64,000 nucleotides of DNA from Squalus acanthias (Eukaryota). How positions within the stretch are numbered: position 1 is the stretch's first letter; the number at the start of each line of letters is the position of its first letter. A model generated the notes under the pieces. The model did no database searches and had not been told where the DNA came from. It worked only from the letters and a program-made list of their open reading frames with translations. The stretch lies in the NCBI GenBank assembly GCA_030390025.1, contig CM059432.1:64418001-64482000 (forward strand), written 5' to 3'. Positions 40,508-52,795 of the stretch are shown here, in pieces. The translations under genes and the position numbers were made by a program.

Positions 40508-43365
40508 ATGGGAACCATTTACATCCTCTCATCCTGGTCGTCAGATTCGGAGGAAGAGCAGCTGCGGCAGCACCACAACAGCATCACAACCTGCCACAAC
40601 CAGCCACAACAGCAGCACCAGCACCAGGAGCACCAACTACCTCCTCACCCTCTTCTCTTCTTCTTAGACAGTCACTCGGAACCGAGGATGACTTGCTTCC
40701 ATATTAAAAATGAGTTCTCAGGTGACTGAAGAGTCCAATGCGGGAACTGCAGTCTCTGTCACAGGTAGGGCAGACGGTGGTTGAAGGGGCAGGTGGGTGG
40801 GGTGCTTGGGTTGACGTGCGCTCCTTCCGCTGTTCGCACTTGGCTTCCGCTTGCTCCCGTCGAAGAGACTCGAGGTGTTCGGCGCCTTCCCGGATGCTTC
40901 TCCTCCACTTTGTGCGGTCTTGGGCCAGGGATTCCCAGGTGTCAATGGGGATGTTGCACTTTTTCAAGGAGGCTTTGAGGGTGTCCTTGAAGCATTTCCT
41001 CTGCCCACCTGGGGCTCTCTTGCCGTGCCGGAGCTCCGAGTAGAGCGCTTGTTTTGGGAGTCTTGTATCGGACATGCGGACGATGTGACCCGTCCATCGG
41101 AGCTGATCAAGCGTGGTCAAAGCTTCGATGCTGGGGATGTTGGCGTGAGCGAGAACACTGACATTGGTGCGCCTATCCTGCCAATGAATTTGCAGGATCT
41201 TGCGGAGGCAGCATTGGTGGTACCTCTCCAGTGCTTTGAGGTGCCTGCTGTACATGGTCCATTTCTCTGAGGCATACAGCAGGGCGGGTATCACTGCTGC
41301 TCTGTAGACCATGAGCTTAGTGCCGGATTTGAGGTCCTGGTCTTCAAACACTCTCTTCCTCAGGCGACCGAAGGCTGCACTGGCACACTGAAGGCGGTGT
41401 TGGACTTCGTCATCGACGTCTGCCTTTGTTGACAGTAGGCTCCAGAGGTATGGAAAGTGGTCCACTTTGTCCAAGGCCTTGTCGTGGATTTTGATAATCG
41501 GGGAGCAGTATTGTGTGGCGGGGGCAGGTTGGTAGAGGACCTTTGTCTTACGGATGTTTAGTATAAGGCCCATGCTCTCGTACGCTTTGGTGAAAGTGTT
41601 GACGATGGTTTGGAGTTCGACCTCCGAGTGAGCGCAGATGCAAGCGTCGTCTGCATACTGTAATTCGCTGACAGAGGGTGGGATGACCTTGGATCTGGAC
41701 TGGAGGCGACGGAGGTTGAACAGTTTCCCGTTTGTTCTGTAGATTAGCTCCACTCCAGCGGGGAGCTTACTGAGGGTGAGATGGAGCATTGCAACAAGGA
41801 AGATCGAGAAGAGCATTGGTGCGATGACTCAGCCTTGCTGGACCCCGGTTCGTACGTGAATTGGGTCTGTGGTGGAACCGTTGGTCAGGATCACGGCTTG
41901 CATGTCGCCGTGAAGCAGGCGGAGGATGGTGACAAACTTTTGAGGGCAGCCGAATTTGAGGAGGACACTCCATAATCCCTCACGGTTGACAGTGTCGAAG
42001 GCCTTTGTGAGATCAAAGAAGGCCATGTACAGCGGTTGGTGCTGTTCCCTGCATTTCTCTTGTAATTGACGTGCGGTGAAGATCATGTCCATTGTGCCCC
42101 TTAGTGGGCGGAATCCGCATTGCGACTCTGGGAGGAGTTCTTCGGCCACTGGAAGAAGGCGATTGAGGAGAATTCTTGCGATGACTTTCCCTATGGCAGA
42201 CAGCAGGGAAACTCCTCCTCCTCACCCACCTGATGATGCGCAGGGCGGAGGGCCTCAGCACAGGGCTGCACCTCGTCGCAGAAGATACCACCAACACAGG
42301 GTTTACAGGCAGAGGATCAGCTTCCTCAGCATGACTGAGCAGCAGTGCCAAAGTAGGCTGAGACTTTTGAGAGAGGTAGTCGCTGACATCTGCGCAATGC
42401 TGCACCAGCACCTGGAGCCCCAAGGAGCGGGTGGACACTCCTTACCAGTGGCTGTCAAAGTCACCACTGCACTCAACTTCTTTGCTTCGGGCTCCTTCCA
42501 GGGATCAGCTGCAGACATCAGTGGCATCTCCCAGTCGGCCGCACAAACCTGCATCACACAGGTCATCGATGCCCTCTTTGCAAAGGCACACAATTACATC
42601 CACTTCTCCACGGATGGCCCAAGTGTGACAGCGCGTGCGGTTGGCTTTGCCAATATGGCAGGCTTGCCAATGGTGCAGGGCATCATAGACTGCACACATG
42701 TAGCCATGAGGGCCCCCTATCACAACCCAGCTGTATTTGTCAACCGCAAAGGATTCCACTCCCTGAACATCCAGCTGGTGTGTAACCACAGGAAGATCAT
42801 TATGCATGTTTGCGCAAAGTATCCTGGCAGTTGCCTTGACTCCTTCCACCTGTGCCAGTCTACTGTGCCTCAGCTCTTCCATCCACCAACCCAACTTTCC
42901 GGATGGCTTCTTGGCGACAAGGGCTATCCCCTGAAAAAGTGGCTTATGACACCGATGAGGAGGCCATCAAATGATGCTGAGGAGCGGTACAATGTGAGTC
43001 ACATATCCACCAGAAGCATCACCGAGCAAACCATCGGCTTGCTCAAAATGCGCTTCCGATGGCTAGACATATCTGGAGGAGCCCTGCAGTATGCACCAGC
43101 CAGGGTGTCCAGAATCGTCGTGGTCTGCTGTGCACTGCACAACAGTGCACAGCAGCGTGGCTTCATGCTGCCAGATGAACAAGTGGCTCAGCGCACACAC
43201 TCCTCGGAAGAAGAGGAAGAGAACGAGGATGAGGACGAGGAGGAGAACAAGGAGGAGGATGTGGAGTACTGCCTTGCGGGGCCGGATGTGGCCAATCCGG
43301 CAGCACGTGACCACATTGCTGGCCATCAGGCAAGGGATGCACTCATCCATGCCAGTTTCCCGTAA
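40508..43365 (+). pseudogene. Harbinger transposase, join(40508..40639,42217..43365), about 426 aa, interrupted only by an RTE insertion
   Basis: [33 protein letters not shown] and [10 protein letters not shown]; both halves are in the same frame across the TSD. Confidence 0.9.
40651..42216 (-). mobile_element. 5'-truncated RTE-clade LINE with (AAG)n tail and 11-bp TSD CCTCCTCACCC
   Basis: [25 protein letters not shown] and a C-terminal C2H2-like motif CPTC..GLFSHLRTH; TSD at 40640-50 and 42217-27. Confidence 0.93.
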
Positions 43366-43551
43366 GCTTACGCTTCAACCACGGGTGGCTGGCACATGGA
43401 GATAAATTTAAGTCCGACATTCTCAAAACCCCAGGCATCATCTGTCCAATAAACAGTGATTGGCGCTCAGTGTGACCACTAACATTCTAAATGCAATTCT
43501 CCCTGAGTCCTCACTCTTGAACTTCTACTTCCCAGAACACAGAGGCCACAC

Positions 43552-43791
43552 TTTAGATGACCTCAGCAGATCATTAAACCTTTTTCCACACTGAACCCAT
43601 GTGCATCTGCACACAGACCTCGAGCTCACCTCCTCAGCAATTTGCAGCCAAGCTGCCTTGCTTTGCTGAGGAGGACTCCTCCTTCTGTTTCCAGGGAAGA
43701 GGACCTCCTGACGACCTATAACTCCCTCCACAAAAGCATGGAGGGAGCCCTCATTGAACCTGGGTGCAGCCTTAGTTTTTGGCGCTGCCAT
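43552..43791 (-). pseudogene. Exon 1 of the Harbinger Myb/SANT gene; downstream exons absent
   Basis: MAAPKTKAAPRFNE..AWLQIAEEVSS..TWVQCGKRFNDL followed by an aaa/gtgtgg donor. Confidence 0.85.
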
Positions 43792-44889
43792 TCCTGCAGC
43801 AGCCAGCACTTTTAACAGAAAAAAGCTAAAGCTTCTGCAATGGGGACATGGCCCCTTTAAATCTTTAATGAAACAATGCGTCATCAGAGGTGAGCATCTG
43901 ACACTCTGCAAGCAGTTGCCTGAAGGGACCCGCACGTCGGCCGTAACCAGGCCAATCAACCTAAAATCTCATCTGCGGGACGGCAGCAACCGGGAGCGGA
44001 TCCAGAAGATGCCGAGCAGCGGACCCGTCGCCAACCCGCCTACTTCATAAAAATCGAGCCCGTGAACTCTGTTTTTTTCTCCATGGATGTTGCATGACCT
44101 GCTGAGTATTCGCAGCATGTTCTGTCTTCTCAAAGGCCTTCATTTACCATCCGAGCCTTTGCAAGCATCCAGCAGCACTCCCTACACACTTAAAAAACTT
44201 TTCGCATCTATTGCAGCAAGCCACCACTTCAATAAAATCAAAAAAAAACAGTCCAAACCCTTAAATTCAAACTTACCCGAATGATGTGTGTGTCTCTTTA
44301 AGAGCTGCAGACATCGGCCTGTCAGCCTGCTTGCACGCCAGGTTAACCTAACGTGCTTAGGACCCAGCGCTGAATTCAGCTCTAGGGTCAAAGTTTGCAT
44401 TGGTGACATTAAGTCGGCATTGCACGCCGATTGGCATCACCACACCACCGTTTTTTTTGCAGCGCGCTGCCAGTTACCGGCAGCGCAAAGGGGGAGAGGA
44501 ATGTGGTGGTCGTCACAGGAGCCGCCACCAGTTGACGAAAGAGCAGTGGCCGCCATTTTATCGCCATTTCATGGCGCTATGAGTGGCGGTGAGTACATGA
44601 ATTTCTAGCCCCAAATATTTTAAATGTGTACGTAGCACATCTCCCTTGCTTTTTTACTATTTTCCAGCTTGGCTCAGTTGGTAACACTTTTGCCTCATAA
44701 TAGATCCTAAATATTATGTAGCCTTCTCAGCATGTGTTTATTAAGCCTGAAACATACAGACCAGGAGGATTGCCTATTTGATCCCTGGTTTGTGCTGAGT
44801 TAGCTGATGTCTGCCATGGCAGGAGGGATGCTTTCATTATCAGAAAGATGTGCATTCAAACTTTGAATCATTTTGAATATTATGACTAT

Positions 44890-45632
44890 GGGCCGGATTT
44901 TCCGACCCCCATGGGTACGTACGAGGTGCGTACGTGCCCGTAGGGGCCGCGCAAGTGCCGGTTTCAAGCATGCGAAGCACATGCGCTGAAACCCGGCACT
45001 TGCGATCTGTCAAGAATTTTCTTGACAGATCATCCGCATGCCCAAGAAAAGTGCCTCTGTGGGTGGAGAGTTGCGCTTTTTGCACAACTTCCGCCCGCTG
45101 AATGACTGTCAAATTCTTACGCCTGGTAAAAGCCTGCTTTTACCAGTTTAAAAAAATAGAAAAATGAAATTTGATAACTCATTTATAAATTAAAAATACT
45201 CTTCAAAAAGGTAAGTTTATTTTTAGCCCCGTAAAAACATTTAATTAAAAAAAAAAGTTTGTTTAAAATATTTAATTAAATGGCATTTTAATTAATTTTA
45301 AATATGTAATGTAAAAAAAAAAAATTATTTAATGTTTTAGTGTGTTGTTAAATGTGATCCCCATTCATACTTTTGACAGTTCTGACCGTACGGAACTGTC
45401 AAAAGTGTGAAGGGGGATTCTCTTCTTTGATTGTTTCCCCATGGCCCATGTGATCCCAGGGGATTTACGAACCACATGCGCCCCTGGGATACCTGGGCCT
45501 CTGCGCATTTCAAAGAGGAGAGGCCCAGGATCGGAAGCCTCGGGATCTACGGAACCAGCAGGTAAGTTCATAGATTTTTTTCCGATCGGAGGCATCCGCC
45601 CGCAGGAAGCCTCCGATCGGAAATTAAGGGCC
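44890..45632. mobile_element. Harbinger-type MITE (related subfamily)
   Basis: Ends gggccggattttccga / tcggaaattaagggcc; shares catgcgctgaaa.ccggca and the AT-rich core with the other copies. Confidence 0.78.
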
Positions 45633-45793
45633 TTTTGTAACAGGATCAGCATTGAGGGCATTATGGCTCCGAGCCCAATCTATGATATGCCTTTGCATCT
45701 CTTTTTGTTGGTTAAGGTCAGATTTTCTCTGTTGAATTCTATAAAACGCTGTAGTTAAATCTAACAGCTTATGAATACATGACATGAAGTAAT

Positions 45794-46535
45794 GGCCCAA
45801 AAATTAGTCCCGCTACGCGAGAGTACGCACTGTGTACTCTCGCGTATTCTGTCTCCAATTGCCGGTTTTCTGCATGCACTGCGCATGCGCTGAAAACCGG
45901 CACTTGGTGAATGGAAAAGGGGGCGGTTCCTAGGTGAACCGCGTGCGCGCTACAGGCTGCGTGCACACTGTGCACTTAGTGGTTTCAACGCGCAGGTAAG
46001 TACGGAAGATTTTACACATAAAAAAAGGAGGAGTAAGACCCACTTTTAACAAGGTAAGTAGTGAATTGAGTATTATTTTGAATTCTTTTTAACAGGTATA
46101 TCTTTTTTAGAGACTTTAAAGACAGGTAAGTTTATTTTTATAACTTTTTAAAAGATTTTAAATTTTTTCAAAAATTTAATTTTTTATTTAAAATGGTTAA
46201 TTTATTTAACTATACTTATTTTATTAATGTGATGGTTTTTTTAAAAATTTAATTGAGGTTTAGCTGTTCTTTTGGGGGGGTATAGATTCATAGCTTTCAC
46301 AGCACTTATGTGAAAGTTATGAATGGAAGATGGTGTGCTGCCATTGGCTCTAACTGAGTCACGTGATCCCACAGCTCGCATGAATTAACTACGCCTGTGG
46401 GATACGCAAGCACTGCACAGCAACTGTCCAGAACATCAAGTTCGTGCGAGCTGGAACTGAAAAAGCCAACGCGCAGTGAGAGATCGCGGGGAAGCCTTAC
46501 CCTCGCACGAAGGCTTCCTCACGAATTTTTGGGCC
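45794..46535. mobile_element. Harbinger-type MITE with TSD AAT
   Basis: TIR ggcccaaaaatt / aatttttgggcc. Confidence 0.88.
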
Positions 46536-47510
46536 AATGTGTTTACAATTCAAGAACTGTATATATATCAATAAAAAATACACCAGTTAAATGTTTTTGC
46601 AAGCCAGAAAGATTCAATGGGGTTCATTTTAATTTTGGGCGACGGTGCAAAATGGGCATATCAAATTAGCCGCTCCTTACACACCCCGCCCGATTTTCCT
46701 TTTCATTGAGGTCAGTTGAAGGGAAATCGGATGGAGCGCATACTGGGCGGCCAATTCGATATTGTCCATTTTGCACCATCACCCAAAGTTAAAATTGACC
46801 CAACAGCTTTTAGCTGTTATAAGCTGGCAATTTCCCTTTTTAATTACATGATGGACTACTTCAACATTAGCCATGTGAAAGCTGCATTTTGGTATATTTA
46901 ACAATTCTGTTCTCAGAGCAGTGGGAAAATTCAGTCATACCATTAAATAAGCAAATGGCTTTTTTGTCATTTCTCATCATCTATGTGATTCAGGCTAATA
47001 TAGCTGTGTGCAAAATTATAATCACTAATCTTACCTATTAAATGAAAAGTCCAGAGAAACGATCCAAGCTTATCCATAATCCTGTACCCAATATTTCAAC
47101 AGATACTTGATCTTTCTCCATTTCTGATTAGCATGTTCTTTTGAGAATGACAATATAGCTCATTGATGCCAAACAGTGGTCTCTGTCTCTCATCCCACCA
47201 ATAGATAGACCTGCAAGTGCAATTCATTAGAAGCAGCAATCATTCATTTTAGTTTAACATTAGTTTCTGATGTCTGGCACTCTTAAGAATGATCACAGGT
47301 CTTTATATATAAATGTGTTTCAGGGTATACCACTTTTGATGACCAAATATGTCACTCCTGGTATTTACTTAGTGTTGACAGCTCTGCACGTTTTAGTATT
47401 TCACGAACCATTCCATTCTCTCCACCTGTCTCGCCCTGTTTTTCCCTTGCAGGCAATAAAATTAGCAGGCCTACTTATTCACATACCAAGTCTGCTGAAA
47501 AAAACAAATG

Positions 47511-48059
47511 GGGGGAGAAATTCGGCGGGGAGCTACTTTTAGCGCCCTGAAAAAGTTAGCACCCCTGCGCCATAAATTCAGTGGTAGCACCCCAACCAGG
47601 AGACAGGGCACTAGTGGAAGCGCGCCACCTCCTTCCTGGGGCACTACAACTGAATATCACGGTGCTACGTGCAACAGCGCCACGCGCGTCGGCACGTAGC
47701 ACCGTGGTATTGCAGGCCTCCCTCCCCTGATTAAAGGGGGCAGGTGCTGGCAGTCGGTCAAAAAAAAATGGCCGCCCGACACCTGCCCTTTAACTTGCGC
47801 TGCTGAGGCTGCAAAACTGCCACCCTGACCCTGTCGGACATAGCGTCCGGCAATAGGTCAGGGGGCTACCGAAATTTGCGACCGGGGCGCGAGCGGCGCG
47901 ATGACGTCATCGCCGGCGGCGCAGCGTCGCGGGGTGCTACCGGCTGCTGCCGGCGCTAACATCCTATGAATTTCGCGGGAGGCATTAGCGGCGCCGCGCC
48001 TGGGCGCTAGGGGCTTTGCACCCCATTAGCGCCCCCCCCGAGGCGCTAATTTTTCCCCC
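47511..48059. mobile_element. CpG-rich Harbinger-type MITE with TSD ATG
   Basis: TIR gggggagaaatt / aatttttccccc with atg on both flanks. Confidence 0.82.
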
Positions 48060-48228
48060 ATGACGTTTTTGTTTTGATACTTTTTATTTTATTTCATTGA
48101 GAGCATCTATGATTTGAATGTTTATGTTGATAAAATTACCCTCCTTTAAATAGAAATATTCAGTATTGGCTGCTTGTTAAATAAATTCAATTTTCTTACC
48201 TTTAACTATGTCTTGTAATGAACCACAG

Positions 48229-48331
48229 GTTCAAGTTCTGCGCAATGCTGGGGAAGAAGTAACTCTGACAGTTTCATTTTTAAAGAGAGCACCTGCCTTC
48301 CTGAAACTCCCTCTGTATGAAGACTGCACAT
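48229..48331 (+). CDS. SNTG1: SNTG1 exon, VQVLRNAGEEVTLTVSFLKRAPAFLKLPLYEDCT
   Basis: cacag acceptor and gtaagc donor; 103 nt, phase 0 to 1. Confidence 0.96.
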
Positions 48332-49143
48332 GTAAGCACTGTTAATTTTATTATACAATGAATGATCCTGGCTAAACACTTATTATTGTTGTTCCACTGC
48401 ACAGATCTTCTAACTGTTTAGTTATTCAGTTTGTGCGGAGGGTCAGCTTGAGTTAATCAGCATGTGATATAAACAAGACCGTGCCAATCTTCTGCTTGAA
48501 CACTGGCCTTAGGTCAAGATTTACTTGATTTAATAAGTAACGGTCTATTGAGGCAATGGTACATTTCCCATATTAGAGGTAAATGAATCCAAAATTGAAT
48601 TAAATTGACTTCTACAGACTAAAAATGTACATGGCCCATGAAAAACCAGGCTAGATTTTAAATCAATTGAGCTTGTTCTGATGAGAGTCAGATATGTTCA
48701 ATCATCAGTCTCTCAAAGGCAAAAGAAGGGGAGGTGGATAACCGTACTTTCTCCCACCAGAAACCAACTATTTTTAAATGCTGCTTTATCAGAAATATGG
48801 GCCCTGATGTTTACTGGAGCATAGCTTCGGAGCGGTTGGAGGAGTTGTGGTCGGGAAATCCGGAAGTGTGGGTTTCCCCACATGCCGTGGAGTTTTAACT
48901 CCAGTGCGTGTGTGAATTTTTTCCCCAGGTTACCTGCCTGACAACCAGCTTGATTGACAGGCTTGCCTGCCCATCAGATGCGAAAGGCTGTGGCCTTAGG
49001 TAGGTTTAGTGGTGATGGGGGGCAGGAACGCCTCCGACCCGCAATTTCTAACCCGATGTTTTTGTTTCCTTTTTGACAGTTTGTTGCAGGTCAAAAGGTT
49101 TCATCAGCATGAAGTTCAGGTGTTCTCAGTGTATTCCCATGAA

Positions 49144-51177
49144 AATGAGAAGTCGCACAACACCAGGTTATAGTCCAACAGTTTTATTTGAAATTACGAG
49201 CTTTCGGAGCGCTGCTCCTTCGTCAGGTACAGTGAGGGAATACAGATCAGTTACACAGTATATATAGACAGAGAACAATGTGTCTGCAGAGATACAATCC
49301 GTCAGGGAGGCATTACATTAAAGACACAGCAGAGTACAGCTAAGACAATGAGGTGGGGCCACAGGGGGCCCAACGTGTCAAATGCTGCAGTCTGCAGTTA
49401 AGCTTTTAACTTTTTAAAAAAAAACTGGAAATCATATCTGTGAACCAGACAATGACATCGAGTCACGTCCTGTTGCGTGACATGAAACCAAGATCCCGGT
49501 TGAGGCCGTCCTCATGGGTGCAGAACTTGGCTATCAGTTTCTGCTCGATGATTTTGCGTTGTCGTGTGTCTCGAAGGCCGCCTTGGAGAACGCTAACCCG
49601 CAGATCCGAGGCTGAATGTCTTTGACTGCTGAAGTGTTCCCTGACTGGGAGGTAACAATCCTGCCTGGCGATTGTTGCGTGGTGTCCGTTCATATGTTGT
49701 CTCAGTGTCTGCATGGTCTCGCCGATGTACCATGCTGCGGGGCATTCTTTCCTGCAACGTATGAGGTAGACAACGTTGGCCGAGTCACATGAGTATGTAC
49801 CATGTACCTGGTGGGTAGTGTCCTCACGTGTGATGATGGTATCTGTGTTGATGATCTGGCATGTCTTGCAGAGGTTGCCATGGCAGGGTTGTGTGGTGTT
49901 GTGGTCGCTATTCTCCTGACAGCTGGGTAATTTGCTGCGAATGATGGTACTTTTGAGGTTAGGCGGCTGCTTGAAGGCAAGTAGTGGAGGCGTGGGGATG
50001 GCCTTAGCAAGGTGTTCGTCGTCATCGATGACATGTTGAAGGCTGCGAAGAACATGGCGTAGTTTCTCCGCTCTGGGGAAGTACTGGACGACATAGGGTA
50101 CTCTGTTGGACTCTGTCCGACGGGCCACAGCGAAAAATCGCATAGACCTCCTCAGAAGGCGAACACGGGACACAACCAACAGAGTACCCTACGTCATCCA
50201 GTACTTCCCCGGAGTGGAGAAACTACGCCATGTTCTTCGCAGCCTTCAACATGTCATCGATGACGATGAACACCTTGCTAAGGCCATCCCCACGCCTCCA
50301 CTACTCGCCTTCAAGCAGCCGCCTAACCTCAAAAGTACCATCGTTCACAGCAAATTACCCAGCTGTCAGGAGAACAGCGACCATGACACCACACAACCCT
50401 GCCACGGCAACCTCTGCAAGACATGCCAGATCATCAACACAGATACCATCATCACACGTGAGGACACTACCCACCAGGTACATGGTACATACTCATGTGA
50501 CTCGGCCAATGTTGTCTACCTGATATATTGCAGGAAAGAATGCCCCGCAGCATGGTACATCGGCGAGACCATGCAGACACTGAGACAACGTATGAACGGA
50601 CACCGCGCAACAATCGCCAGGCAGGATTGTTACCTCCCAGTCGGGGAACACTTCAGCAGTCAAGGACATTCAGCCTCGGATCTGCGGGTTAGCGTTCTCC
50701 AAGGCGGCCTTCGAGACACATGACAACGCAAAATCATCGAGCAGAAACTGATAGCCAAGTTCCGCACCCATGAGGACGGCCTCAACCGGGATCTCGGTTT
50801 CATGTCACGCTACAGGACGTGACTCGACGTCATTGTCTGGTTCACAGATATGATTTCCAGTTTTTTAAAAAAAAGTTAAAAGCTTAACTGCAGACTGCAG
50901 CATTTGACACGTTGGACCCCCTGTGGCCCCACCTCATTGTCTTAGCTGTACTCTGCTGTGTCTTTGATGCAATGCCTCCCTGATGGATTGTATCTCTGCA
51001 GACACATTGTTCTCTGTCTATATATACTGTGTAACCGATCTGTATTCCCTCACTGTACCTGACGAAGGAGCAGAGCTCCGAAAGCTCATAATTTCAAATA
51101 AAACTGTTGGACTATAACCTGGTGTTGTGCGACTTCTCATTTTTGTCCACCCCAGTCCAACACCGGCATCTCCGCAT
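49144..51177. mobile_element. Penelope-like element: two inverted 3' halves (GIY-YIG + pLTR) forming a 2-kb palindrome; 12-bp TSD TATTCCCATGAA
   Basis: Mirror ORFs 49463..50179 (-) and 50106..50723 (+) with VVYLI.C..WYIGET; TSD at 49132-43 and 51178-89. Confidence 0.92.
51056..51090 (+). ncRNA. Hammerhead-ribozyme-like motif (mirror copy on - at about 49195-49229)
   Basis: CTGACGA-aggagc-aga-gctcc-GAAA-gctc; stem I is weak. Confidence 0.55.
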
Positions 51178-51877
51178 TATTCCCATGAACGCATGTGTAT
51201 GACTGCTGTCTGCTGCCAAGCTTTGCTGATAATTAAAAAACACATAGTAATTCACATGGTCACATCATTTTCACTCTCAGGAACACGTTATACAAATGTC
51301 TACCTTATTGCTAAAAATAGGGAACAGATAAAAATATGCTCTATTAATGAGGCTGCTGAGTACATGTTTTAGTTCCTGATTTTCTATACATGGAAACCTC
51401 ACTAATTGACCATATTTTCCTCTGTTCACAATAAGAAAGGTAAAGATGGATATAAACCATTGTTCCTGATACATGTTAGGAAGGATTGTTTTATGCAATT
51501 ATGATTTGTACATGTAGATGAAGATAATCAAATACTCCTTGGAAATTGGACCAAGGAAATATCAATGGAGAAATAACCAGCCAGACATTCTGTCTGGTTA
51601 CCTTAATGTGTCAGGGGGTATGTATATAAACTATTCCTCGTCAGAAGATTCGATAAATGGGGAAATGTCCATGATAGGGAGGATTGTAAATGGTCCATGG
51701 GGGCCATCGGAAAAATGTACCAAATTTCCTTTTCTTGTCCTATGCTTTTTTATCGTGTTGTCTGGGGGAATGCTGTAGTTTTGGATCCTTCTATAAATAT
51801 TGCTGAACATATTGCAAACCAAAAGTAATCAGCATTGAATTTGATCTTATGTCAATCTATTTTTCATTTGCTTACAG

Positions 51878-51960
51878 GTGTCCCCAGTGATCAGAGCAGT
51901 GGTACATCTTCTCCACTTTGTGACAGTGGATTGCATCTTAACTATCATCCCAACAATACA
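51878..51960 (+). CDS. SNTG1: SNTG1 exon, (C)VPSDQSSGTSSPLCDSGLHLNYHPNNT
   Basis: ttacag acceptor and gtaaga donor; 83 nt, phase 1 to 0. Confidence 0.96.
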
Positions 51961-52188
51961 GTAAGATACAATTCTACCTTTAAACAATTTTTGCCAAAAC
52001 TATTTCCTGTATGTAGTAGCTTCAGTAGTGGTGTATATTTTCCTCTTTTTGCTATTTTTAGCAAAGAAGGTAGACATGAGTACAAAGTGCTGTTCCCCAC
52101 TTTGTACTCATGTTTATTTTGTTTATCAAACAAAGGAAAATATGCCCCGGTAGCTCAGTCGCAAACCTCTTGCCGATCTCCTCAACAA

Positions 52189-52795
52189 CGCAGATTGGGT
52201 GACCGCTTTGCGGAACACTTCCATTCAGTCTGTAAGCGTGACCCCGAGCTTCCTGTCACCTGTCGCTTTAATTCTCTGCTCCACTCCCACTCTGACCTCG
52301 CCGTCCTCGGACTCTTACACTGTTCCAACGAAGCTCAACGTAAGCTCGAGGAACAGCACCTCATCTTTCGATTAGGCACTTTACGGCCTTCTGGACTCAA
52401 CATCGAGTTCAACAATTTCAGACTATAACCTCGGCCCCTATGTTTTCTTTTTTCTCTCTCACATGGCAGCTGTTGATGATTCTGCCAGTGCCATTTACAC
52501 TTCATCTAGAGTCATCTTTTGTTTCTTAATTTGTCCCATGACCATCTCCTTTTGCCTTGCACCATCATCCCTTTTGTCTTTTAATCTCCCCTGCCTTCCA
52601 TCCTATCACAGACCTTCCCTTTGTTCTTTCCTCCCCTCCTCCATTTCCCTGCCCCACACTTGCTTAAAAATCTGTTACTTCTCCAACTTTTTCCAGTTCT
52701 GACGAAGGGTCATCGACCTGAATCGTTAACTCTGTTTCTCTCTCCACGGTGCTGCCTGACCTGCTGAGTGTTTCCAGCATTTTCTATTGTTGTTT
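52189..52795 (+). mobile_element. Short Penelope-like 3' fragment; probable TSD CTCAACAA; degenerate hammerhead at 52695-52731
   Basis: RRLGDRFAEH..GLNIEFNNFR matches 54550-54785; the core GAAA is mutated to GAAT. Confidence 0.85.

Larger units (their letters stand above)
39969..44061. mobile_element. Harbinger transposon with both TIRs (gggctcaatttt / aaaatcgagccc) and TSD GTG
   Basis: TIRs and 3-bp TSD seen directly; convergent transposase and Myb genes. Confidence 0.9.
38720..44612. mobile_element. Old Harbinger remnant hosting nested insertions; left boundary uncertain
   Basis: Myb exon remnants at 39161-39600 (+), acidic transposase tail at about 39750-39890 (-), right TIR gaatttctagcccc. 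Confidence 0.55.

Noticed and set aside
42076-43365. Domesticated HARBI1-like gene starting at 42076
   Set aside because: The N-terminus is antisense RTE sequence, the true start is at 40508, and the ORF lies within TIRs and a TSD
49463-50723. Divergent pair of cellular nuclease genes
   Set aside because: These are mirror halves of one Penelope insertion; both lack RT and the + copy has a premature stop
51835-52428. SNTG1-GIY-YIG fusion ORF
   Set aside because: The exon ends at a good donor at 51961, so read-through into the Penelope fragment is probably chance without intron-retention evidence
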